Source: Epiperipatus broadwayi
Taxonomy: Eukaryota; Animalia; Onychophora
Length of the DNA: 64,000 nt
Reading direction: 5' to 3'
NCBI GenBank assembly: GCA_028023455.1
Contig: JAQFVV010000003.1
Span: 16,802,001 to 16,866,000 of the forward strand
Below the pieces are notes generated by a model. It did no database searches. It saw only the letters and a program-made list of their open reading frames with translations, and was not told where the DNA came from. A program made the position numbers and the translations under genes. This document shows positions 48,905 to 59,849 of this stretch, one piece after another. The stretch's first letter is position 1; each line of letters starts with the position of its first letter.

Positions 48905-50763
48905 ATACATCCATATATATAAATTGTAGAACATCATGAAATAATTCCTAGAGCACTATCCTATTATCCTTAAGATTTAGGATTTATATCTACATAAAAT
49001 CTAAATATTGTTTAGGTAGATGAAGACTTTCAAATAATCTGAAAATTTTTTAAGTAGTGGTTGATCATTCATTTATTGAATGTCCTAAAAGAGTATATCT
49101 AATTATTTTTAATTAAAGATTAAAACAATGAAAGAAGACATTAAAATCCTTTCAATTATCACATTTCTATGTAAGAGGATGCTCAAAGTTTTTCTTTACA
49201 TGGAATGATATAATTTAGGGCATTTAATTTTATGTGACTTTGTTTCTTAATAGTAGAAGCAAAAGCATTACTGGAAATATATATAAGAGGAATAAGTTAT
49301 TTTTTACCACAACTTTTGCATTTTCAACTCTATTTTTTTAATCTTTTAAATTTTTTATTGGATAAAATAATCAAAATCATGTGATAGATTAATTGTGATC
49401 TATCTTATATTATCAATGTCTTTAAAAATATCTCCATAGTTGTGTTTATTAGTCTGTCAATGACAGGTGAGATTCAGCTCAAACGTCAGTCCTATTAAAC
49501 TAACAAATAACCACACACAAGAATACTGCACACACATATATATATCTAGAGAAAATGGTCTTTTATTTTATAAGGATTTTTTCTGTGCAGTTTCCAGTCT
49601 GTTAACTTTATGCTTCATAAAAATTTAAAAGTTTATCACAATGATATGTAATTGCTAGGTCATGATCTTGTAAAATCATCTTAATTGAATTTGTGATGAA
49701 TGGGGTAACTCATATTACATATAAAAATTTATTATATGTATTTATTATAAAACGTTTAATCTAAATTTAAAATGTCATTTTTTAAGAGAACTGCTGAAAA
49801 CAATTTCTTCAATAATTATATATAAAATCATCTGTGGGTTGCTTCTTTCTTTTAGATGTTTAAATTAAGCAAATTATTGATTTGTTTTACTTTAAATTAT
49901 TAGGTTACAATGTTAAAAGTCATTTTAAGGATTTTAAACTAACGTACCAGCTATATATATATATATATATTTATCTGTACTTCTCTGCATATAGATACAT
50001 CAACATACATTAACTACTTCTTCATTCAGCTGGGGGTTTTCTTGGGCAAGCTAGTTTTTGGTCCATAATCAAAATAGACACAATCTAGGCAATTGTCAGC
50101 ATCAGGAAAGGCATTTGAGTAATTTTTTGGAATACTATGACCTTCCTTCTGTTTAGGGCTTGATGAGCTTTAGGCCAGAAACCTGACTTCTAAAACACAT
50201 TTGTACAGGCTAAATTGATCCATTTTAAGTTGACCCAGTCTTCAAGGGAATCAAAACACATATGTAGAACTAGTAGTCTGCTCACTGCTAGATCTATTGG
50301 CTTGACTTCAGCTATGCTACATCTTCATGGGAGTTATTTTTATTTTCATAACTCTTCAAACACAATTCTGCTAGCCAAGTGCTTGACAAAAATATTAAGA
50401 CAAGAACTGTCTTCAAAAAAATTACTATCCAAACTTTGAAGCTGGCCAATTTGGCCACCTGATTCTCAAAAAATATTCACCAAACTGAAACATTTTCTTT
50501 ATCCAACTCTTTTATAGACTTGGATTGAGGTGACAATAACACTAAATTTAAAAATTGTTTTTTAAATCTTGATTAAAAAGAATTTTAATCCTTTTGAAAT
50601 AAAGTTTGAAGCTTTACCAAAGGTGTGATCTACATGTTTTTACTTTTTTCAAATCACTTTTAATTAAAAGCTACTTTTTGGAATTTTTAATCTACATAGA
50701 CTTTTAAAAATAGATAAAGAAATGTGTGCAAGCATTGTTTCAAAAATAAATTATGCACGTTTT

Positions 50764-51287
50764 CCCGAAAGTTTGTGATGATGGTGTTCTAGTTGTATTT
50801 TTATATTGGACTATTTTCATAATCTAATATGAGTATTGAATGTCTTTATAAAAATTTTACTTTATTTAAATATTCCAAATACATTTAATTGTTAGTAATA
50901 GCACATAAAACAGGTTAATATATGAACAATGTTTCAAGAGATATTATTCTCCCTCATCTTCAGGTGTTGCTGGTCTGACCAATGAGAGTACTAGCATGGG
51001 ATTTGAACCTGGACTCTTAGATTCTTAAGTATTGAATTTTGAGCATTACCTTAAAATTCAATACTCAAAACCTAAAGGTCCAGGTTCAAATCCCATGCTA
51101 GTACTGTCACTGATCAGGTCAGCAACATCTGAAAAAGATGGGATAATAATATCTCTCAAAACATTGTGCATATACTAACCTATTTGATGTGCTATTACTA
51201 AGAGTTGAATGTATTTGAAATATTTAAATAAAGTTAGACATTCAATACTTATATTAGATGATGGAAATAGTCCAATATAAAAATACA
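50764..51287 (-). mobile_element. Large fold-back insertion (~250-bp arms): head-to-head units with B-box, hammerhead-like motif and AT tail; ~19-bp TSD
   Basis: Palindrome 50793-51288 centred at about 51045. Flanks aataaattatgcacgtttt (50745-50763) and aataaatcatgcatgtttt (51288-51306) match 17/19. The homologous site at about 3735-3755 is empty. Confidence 0.85.
50925..50968 (-). ncRNA. Degenerate minimal type I hammerhead ribozyme
   Basis: Minus strand reads acac-CTGAAGA-T-GAGGGAGA(ataa)TATCTCTT-GAAAC-ATT-gt. The sister arm (51129-51162) supports the helix II consensus GAGGGATA/TATCTCTC. ACATT is plausibly CpG-decayed ACGTT, giving a palindromic helix III. Confidence 0.5.
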
Positions 51288-53402
51288 AATAAATCATGCA
51301 TGTTTTTAAATTCAAAATCAGAATAATAATAATAATTTATTTAAACCTTTTTAAAAATATTTATTTCCTAATAAAATTCTGTTTTAAATCCAGAATTATT
51401 TAACCCTTTATTTATTATTTTTATTCCAGGAAATGTCGAAAAATTTCTACAAAAATTCATGTCTGTGTTTATTTCTATTTTTCCTTTACTTTACATATAT
51501 ATGTGTTCACACACAACTATGTTGCTGTGTGCCACGTAAACCATCCAATTACAATATATGTATATATCCACACACTGCATTATATGTATTAATTTATCTT
51601 TTAAAAATAAGTAATTTAGAAACAGAATACTTTATGATCATCTATAATAATTATCCACCTTCTTACTATAGTTTATATTAATCCATTTCATTACTTATAT
51701 CTATTTCATAAATTTTAATGAGTTCTTTGAATCATGTAGATGCAACCACATACTCATGCACACAATGTGTTTATAATTCTTTTTTTCTGAAATACATCCA
51801 TATAATTTAAAATTTTTAAACAGAAATAATTTCCAATAAAATTTATATATATACACAAAACTAACTTTTAGTAACTTTCATGAATCACATTATCTATTTA
51901 AATTTTATGCTGTATTAATTTTAAAGCTATTTTATCATTGATTCATTAATCATTTGTATTTTTGATAAACCATTTTCCCTTGATTTTATTTTCCATCATT
52001 TCATTTTTTATACATAATTTGAACTTTTCTTGGGACAAACAGTGAATTGTTACTCATATTCTAAAAAACTGGTTTACATTTTTTTATTTGTTTATTATTT
52101 GGGCTATATTTAATACCTTTTATGAGAGTGCTGTAGTGAAAATTACATTACAAAAATATTCATTAATTTAATACCGAGCATAGTTTGTTACAAAGGAAAG
52201 ATGTACGATATTACAAATTATATATAGCACTAGATAAAGATAGATTTGACTTTATATAGTGCCATGAATATAACCTCTTGATCAAAAGCAGTACAAACCT
52301 GTAGTTAATTCGTAATATTGTTAAAGTTTCTTTCGCAGCAGATTATGCTCAGTATTGAATTACAAAACAAAAAAAAAAAGAATCAAAGTTTATAGAGTTA
52401 CAGATTTTTTATTAAATGGATAATTTCTAGTCAAATGAATGACCAATAAAATCTTTTACTATACATCCATTAAGTGACTTATGTCAAAGTTGTGAGGGTA
52501 CCAAGTTTGACATTTATCAATTTAAATTGTAGAAATTGGCTATATATATATATACTGAATAATGATAAAAATATGTGTAAGAGATTGCCATCTGGTTCAA
52601 CTGATAAGTACTAGTTCAGCATGAAATATGCATCTTGGGGATCATGTTTATGGTTACAACTCCACAAATGTGTTACAAACAGATAGAAACCAGTCCCGCT
52701 TTGTGTGAGAGCATTGTAGTTAAAATTACACTACAGAAATATTTTTCACAGTAGGTTAATTCCCTCTCATCAAAAAAAAAAAAAAAAAAAAAAAAACAAA
52801 ACACAAATGGTAAAATAGTAGTTTGAAATTTACTTTATTTGGTTTGTTATTTACATTTTATGAGATATTTGATAAAATTATATTGATACTAAAGATTATT
52901 AAAATAGTATTGTTGCTTTCACAGCATACATTACATTTGGATAATCATCATAGTTACTCACAAATTTATTTGAATTAATTTCTGACTGTATCCAATATTA
53001 TATTTTTCAGAAATATTATTAATTATCTTAGGTAGACAATATTAGGCATATTTCTTTTTCTTTATGTTATATTTAAAATTAATTATTTGTATTTTCATTT
53101 TTTTTTTTGTAACTAATTGTGATGTCTCTAATAAATAGTTCAATATTTTTCATGTTTACTTTTTCAAATTTCCATAAACTTTATTTCAGATTAAGCAAAT
53201 CTAAGAGATCTAATAATTTTTATGTAAGATCTTAATAATTTTATGGTTTGAATTATTATATCCAAATATTGTTTTTGTTGTTATTCATCTTCGATAATTT
53301 ATTTCAGTTCAGTTTCTTTATTTGAATTGTGATATATAATTAAATAACATTAGATAGCTGATGTAAAAATATATCAATATATCTTATATATACAATATTT
53401 AG

Positions 53403-53533
53403 TCATATGTCACATGACCTAATTTAACAAGCTTGTATTATAAATGTTATATAATGAGCTTGAAAATAAGCTCTTAACAAGTGGAGATATTCTGCCAAGT
53501 TTGTCAAGAGCTTATTTTCAAACTCATTATATA
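53403..53533. mobile_element. Small asymmetric fold-back insertion with 11-bp TSD
   Basis: Arms tgttatataatgagcttgaaaataagctcttaacaa / ttgtcaagagcttattttcaaactcattatataaca. Direct repeat acaatatttag at 53392-53402 and 53534-53544. Confidence 0.75.
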
Positions 53534-54519
53534 ACAATATTTAGATATTCTGTTAGGATAATTTAATAATTTTCTTTCTTTATATGCAATACTAAACTAT
53601 ATATTATACTACTTATTATTAATCCCATTAGCCATGCTTAAATAATTATATATAATTCATCATTAAATGTGATTATAGTATTCTGATATATCAATTATAA
53701 ATCCTGTTTTTTTTTAAAAAATTATGTACTTGTTTATTAAGCAATAGATAACTTTATAATTTTAATTCATTCTACTTTATTAGTATACTCATATCATTCT
53801 GTAACATTTAATGATATCTTCTTATGATTTTTTTCAATTCTAAAATTTTTAATAATATCAGTGTACTCAAATGATGATTTAGAAGAGTGTGTTCTTCAAA
53901 AACTAAAATCTCTTTTAGCAACTGTAGCTACTAATTTTGTAATTGTTAATATAAGCCCCATAATCCATAATTAGTCTTAAAAGAAAGTCCTGTTTATGTA
54001 AATTTTATATTAGTAAATAATCTTGTTTAAATTTTTGATGATGATTAAATTTTTAAATAGTCTTTTTTAGTATATATTTTATTAATATATTTATAAAAAA
54101 CATTTAATATGAATTTATGTTTTGTTATTTCAAATTATAATTTAAAATATTATGAAATTTTAATTTTGTAATTTAAAGATCCAATTTTCAATGTTTTCTT
54201 AATGGACTTTATGTTATTTTTACTCAATAGTTTTTTAAAATTTACCACTATCACATTTAACTGATTATTAGTTGGTTTATTTACAGAGGCAAAACTTGAT
54301 ATCATGTGATGTTTAGTAGTTGGTTTATTATTACATAATTTTAATAGATCTACTGCCTTCTGAAAAATCTTTTCTCTGTTAGCATCCATATTCTATACCA
54401 ATTGAAAGTGTGGGTTTGGTCACCCTCCATAGTTTAACAATTTTTTCAATTATGATCTATATATATGGTTAACCATGTTTTGTTCAATGTTAGTATCAGC
54501 AAATTCAGTGATGACTAAG

Positions 54520-54880
54520 AAAATGAATGTGAAATTATAGACAACAATAGAATAGTAACAGAAATACTGACCTCTCACTGAAATATGAAGATATATTTAT
54601 TGAAATTAATAAAAAACAATTAAAATTAAAATGGGATAGATCAAAGAACAAATAGATGTGGCAGACATCAACAAAAAAAATTAAAATACAAAAATAAAGT
54701 TCTTTATCATATTACTAAAAAAATGACTACATATGGACAACTAAAATCCTAAATAAGAAACCAAGAAATTGTAAGAAACTTAGAAAAAATTTACATGCGA
54801 TATGATTAAAATGATATAGAAAAGAAATGAAACAGAATGAATTAAACTCCCGTAGGTCATTATTTTACAATGGACTAATA
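54520..54880 (+). mobile_element. RTE LINE 3' fragment
   Basis: Decayed QIDVADI..KIK...HI....DYIWT.KIL...PRN and terminal ILQWT (attttacaatggact), typical of the RTE ORF C-terminus. Confidence 0.65.
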
Positions 54881-56654
54881 CTGGTTGAAAATATGATCAC
54901 GATATGTTTAACAACATATATAAATGATTATTAATTAATTATAAAATCTTAAATACTTATTTATTTAACTATATCTACCTATCTAATTACATTTATGCAC
55001 ACATACTTTTAAGAACTACAAGTTGATAATAAAAGAATAAGTTTTATTTTATTGTAATCTATTTGAACTTCAAGAACCCTCATGTCTTAATATATTATGC
55101 ATCTAATATCATTATTTTAATCAAGTTAGAAGACAAAAATAACTAATGTAATTTAATTGTATCATTGGATTTTTCAAGCATTCATAATTAACATTGCTTT
55201 ATTATTTAACGTTCGCCAACAAAATAATAAAATTCATTATATATATATAATCACTTTAGAAAAAAAAAAACCTCTACGATATGTCGTAAAAGATTACAAA
55301 AGAGTTTCGCTATTAAAATGTACACACACGCTTGCGCACACATACATATAAAAGATTGGAAAGAAAAAAGAATCATTTTAAATCAAAAAAAAAAAGGAAA
55401 CAAAAATACTTTTGATATATATGGTATATCCAAGAAGAGTCTTATGATTACTGTTTAATGAACTAGTCAACATTGCTCATCGTAGCGTGGCTAAATAGAT
55501 GAATGAAATTTTATTTAAATTACTCATCATGAAACAAAGGTTTCTCCAAATAACATCCATAAGTAACATGTGAAGAAAGTATTATTTCCTAGGCTTGAGA
55601 ACTGATCAGTAATGAGCATTTATTATCCAATGGATAATCAATTACATTGTTATAGTGCTGGATAGCTGGAAAAAAAAAAAAAAACTCATCTATATATGAA
55701 TTTATTTTCCAAGCTTAACTTGGACTTAATTTGAATACAGCATGGAGAGAGAAGCTTAAATAGTTTTTTTTTGTGTAATTCATAACCAACCGATTACAGA
55801 TTCAATACTGGCCAGAAATAGATATCTAGATACTTTTGGCTGGAAATAAATTATATTCTAAGTGGTCTGAATTTGATGACCTTAACTTATACATTGCAAT
55901 AGACTATGAAATGGAGCAGAGGTAAATAAGAATGAAGATTTTTTGCAGTCAAAGTATCTATCTCATTAAGTTTTTTAAATAAGACAATATTTATATATCA
56001 AAATTTAAATTGTTTGAAATTATTACAAGACCTGTTGAAAAATATTAATAAATTACTTCATTTTTATGATTAATATAATCTATTAAAAAATAAATGACAG
56101 TATTTCCTAGCAGAGTTGGCCCAGGATTTTTTTTGGGCGGGAAGGGGGGTTACAAGCTTAACCTAAAATATTATTATGCATACCTGATCAGATCTTAATC
56201 GAATTTTCACTCAGTATATATAAAACGTTATTAATTTGTTTAGTGTTATTAATTATTATTTAGTAGTAATTATGATAAAACAAAAGATTTAAATAAATAT
56301 ATTTTATTCCATTACATTTATTTCACAAGTAATAGTAGTAATAGTAGTTATAATAGAAACAATAATAATAACAATGCAATATTAAAAGCATACGAAGAAT
56401 TACATAGTAGAGACATATACATGCGAGCTAAATAACGAACTTCAACAACTTGCTTTATTTAATTAAAATTACTAAAATCTCATATTTTCTGTTTATATTT
56501 AAATTTAAATTAGATATTCATTCACTAATCTATTATATATACATTTTGTATTTAATAAATAATTTTTCATTTTTTCTACTTTATAATCGTCTTGAAACTT
56601 GAGTATCCATTAATAAAAATCAAATGGTTTAATACTCAAGTGTTCACAAAAAGT

Positions 56655-56745
56655 TCGATGACCAGAAAAAACTGAGCTAGAACTGTGATTTGTGAATCTT
56701 CACTTTTCTAGTCCAGCATCTTATCAATGTGCTAAACCATGCCAG
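56655..56745 (-). mobile_element. Possible decayed tRNA-derived SINE head
   Basis: Minus strand tggtttagcacattgataagatgctggactagaaaagtgaagattcac... resembles a tRNA 5' half; the B-box is poor. Confidence 0.3.
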
Positions 56746-57399
56746 GCAGTATCCATTCAATCTTTCTATTTCGTATTTATATAAAATATTAATGTATTTA
56801 TTTATCCATTCTAATTTATGTTTATTTTATATTTACCATAGACCTTCTATTCAGAAAAAAATTTAAAATTGTACAAGCCCTTTATTCTTAATTTCAAATA
56901 ATATCATATTAAAATATTTTTTAAGCAAAAAATAAAAAAAAAAATAATATATCAGATGTGTGAATCTTTCTTAACATATTTTATTCACCACATATGACTT
57001 TATTAGCAAAATGAAAATGTACTAACAGTACAAATAAAATATGTATATATTTTAAATATGAAAAAGTATATTTATGTTATTTAAAAATTATTAGTTTTTA
57101 AAAAAATATATATATATTTATATAATATTTCATATTAGAAATAAAATATATTTTCCATCCTTCTACAGATTATAACTAAAGAAATAATTAAAACAATAAT
57201 GCACAACATAGGGAGATTTATATAAAAATATGAAAATATCACATAATCACCATTTCTTATGCATATGCAATCTGTTAAAATGGTAGCAATTTTCTTCGCA
57301 TAATAGTGCCACCCAGCACTGATTACTATGGCTTTATTGAGTGGCATTACTGTATAAAAAGAAATTGCTACTGTTTTTTTTACAGATTTATATATATAT

Positions 57400-58460
57400 A
57401 TATTGAAACAGACACATTGTTTTATATATATACTGAAGTCCCTCCCCCCCCCCCCCATTTTAAAACAATTTCAAATTAAAATGTTATTGGTATATATTTT
57501 TTGTTTTATTGGAGATGAATGTTTGGGAATTACAATGTAGAAATGCTGTTATTAGTTCATTTAAAAAAAATAGCATCACTTTCTTGCTTTAGGCAAAGGA
57601 AGTTAACATGTTTTTGAAAAACATGTTGGTCACTGTGGGTGAGATGTATAAAGTGAGCAATTGATCAATTCTAGGAGTTGCAGTTGATTGATTGTAACAG
57701 TTGCTTTGCAGTAAATAGCAGTTCAGTATGTAGTCAGTATACAGTGAAGAGTTTAAATAATTGGACCAACTAAGTTTGGAGCCACTGTAGCCAGTAATTA
57801 AAGAAGTGCTGCAGTTAAAGGGAAATCCAAGATTACCATAAACTGTAATATAAAGAAACAGCTTATTTATATGGTAAACGCTAAAATATTTGGCTAGTAG
57901 GAATAGCTTGCTCTCCTTCCCACACCATGAAGATGTCATGAAGATGAAAAAAGATGCCTAATTGACAATCAAAATAAAATATATACCATTCAGCTCTATG
58001 ACAAATATCCCTTTTAATGTGAAAATTTAACAGTGGTGAATCACCAACAGATAAATTTAAAGATAAGAAAACTCTAGATAACATTTGAAATATTTAAAGG
58101 TATTTATGAAAATGCTGTAAGAAAAGCATTTTGAAAAGATAAAATAAAACATAGTTATTTAAAATGATTAATTCAGCAAAATGATAAAATGTTACGTACT
58201 AAAACAATTTCTTTAAGAATAATATAATTGCCTTTACTGTTATTAAATTTTTTTTTAAAAAAAGGGTAAATTGACAACATACATTGGCAGAAATGGTGAA
58301 ATGCAATAATGAATTCACTGATTTTTTTTTAAAGTGATAAAACTTATAACATTGATTCGAAGTTAAGCTTTATAATAAAGAGTATAAAAAATATATGTCA
58401 AATTGTTAAAGTTCAACTTTCTAAATGAAATTTAGAAATTATAATATAAGAATTTAATTT
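57400..58460 (+). repeat. ~1.05-kb direct repeat, copy 1 (copy 2 at ~62950-64000)
   Basis: Collinear from gaaacagacacattg to aaatttagaaattataat, roughly 80-85% identical by eye. Confidence 0.92.
57593..57873 (+). pseudogene. Decayed exon pair of an unidentified protein (AKEVNMFLKNMLVT / ELQLIDCNSCFAVNSSS...PVIKEVLQLKGNP)
   Basis: Acceptors cttgctttag| (57593) and caattctag| (57675) and donor ATG|gtaaac (57873) are conserved in copy 2. In-frame stops are present. Confidence 0.4.
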
Positions 58461-58520
58461 AAAATACACATACCCTGATTTGTGTAAATGCATTATGTTT
58501 TATCAAGAAAGAATTACTAT

Positions 58521-58720
58521 TTATATACATGAATTAAATATGCATTTACATACAGGAATTAAATATGTGCCTATATACATGAATTAAATATGCATCTACA
58601 TACAGGAATTAAATAAGCATCTAGTACTTGAATTAAATATGTGTCTCTCTCTATATAAGTTAAATATACATCTACATACAGCAATTAAATATGCATCTAC
58701 ATACATGAATTAAATATGTG
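58521..58720. repeat. Minisatellite, ~25-26-bp unit (tacatacaggaattaaatatgcatc), ~8 units
   Basis: Contiguous degenerate tandem units without unique spacers. Confidence 0.9.
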
Positions 58721-59085
58721 AATATATTCAAATATAATTATTGGCTACTGAATGATTAGATAAAAAGGATTAATCCAAATATAAATCAAACTTACCTAAG
58801 AGTATATTGCAATAGGAAATTAATAGACATGTCTATGAATATGCACATATGAGGAGAATATAAACTCACAGAAGAAGAATTTAAACTTGAGGAATGATAA
58901 GAGAGGTATCCATGATATACACATGGATATCTAAATAAATCCCTACTATGTGAATGCTGGTAAAACAGCGTTATGGAATGATGGACACTGTATGATTATC
59001 AGCAATGGGACCAAGCATCAGAAAAGTTACTGATGAAATGAACTAACTGATCTGTGGAACCTGAACTTCAATAAACTATTAGGAG

Positions 59086-59461
59086 TGTTATACAAATATT
59101 GTTAATTAAATAAATTGTGGTTATATAAAATAATATATCATCAGTTTCATTTCATGTCAATTTTCTAGGGTACTTGTTCACAGGAATCTCACGTTTCCTG
59201 AGCTATGTTCAGCATAACCTGATCTTGATGAATAAGGCTGTGTAAGCTGGAACTCTAGTAGCACCATTTGGGAAAACAAACAGATAAATTTCTAGATGTA
59301 TTCAGTCCCTTTAATACTACACCCTCTGATGAGCAGGAAGTATTGTTGTAGGGAGGATAACAACAGCTCTCGGTAACACCAATTATTCTTTCTTTCATAC
59401 AATATGGTTATCAGAAAATAAATCAATCATCAGAGGGGATAGAAATCTCCATCTGGTTACA
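59086..59461 (+). mobile_element. Probable 5' LTR of the downstream Gypsy element
   Basis: TGTTA start, aataaa near the end and ...GGTTACA end, followed by a degenerate PBS-like tttgtcatcc. No 3' partner was found, so the boundaries are tentative. Confidence 0.35.
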
Positions 59462-59849
59462 TTTGTCATCCTAATTGTGAGGCCTAATCTAGCTAGCCTG
59501 GCATAAAAAACTAGAAGAAAAAAAACAGACAAAGAAAATAAATGAGGAAATATGGAAAGCAGAAGCAAATTATGATTCTGTAAGTTGTGAGCAGTGCACA
59601 CAGTGTAATGATGTGAAATGAAATGAATAAGGGAAAATTGAGAGATAAATAAGATGAATGGTATACAAGGAATAAAATAGGCATAGTAGAGAAATTGGAG
59701 CTAAATCATGGAATGGAGGGAGAGGGAAGCTTACTAATGTTAGATAAATAAAAGAAATCAATAATAAAATTGTCAAAGTATCAATATCAAAAGAAAGATG
59801 TAAATTGCAAGTTAATAAAATATAGATGATAACTAGAGCAAGGACAAAA

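Larger units (their letters stand above)
50050..51480 (+). mobile_element. Second copy of the DIRS-like remnant family, interrupted by a fold-back insertion
   Basis: Shares blocks with 3030-3930 (caaaaaaattactatccaaact vs caaaaatcactatccagact; ccaaaggtgtgat; the AT-rich tail ttcaaaatcagaat...ggaaat...aaaatt...ctgtgtttatttcta). Confidence 0.45.

Noticed and set aside
48550-48937. Two similar ORFs on opposite strands
   Set aside because: They are mirror products of the 48.6-48.8-kb palindrome.
49457-49490. Possible decayed hammerhead (caatgac-aggtga-gat-tcagct-caaacgtc)
   Set aside because: Both core motifs are mutated and helix I is absent; too weak to call.
54150-54389. 79-aa ORF MDANREKIFQKAVDLL... 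as a viral or Polinton gene
   Set aside because: No recognisable motif; an ORF of this length in AT-rich sequence is expected by chance.
58521-58720. CRISPR-like periodic repeat
   Set aside because: The units are contiguous with no unique spacers, there are no cas genes and the context is eukaryotic; it is a minisatellite.
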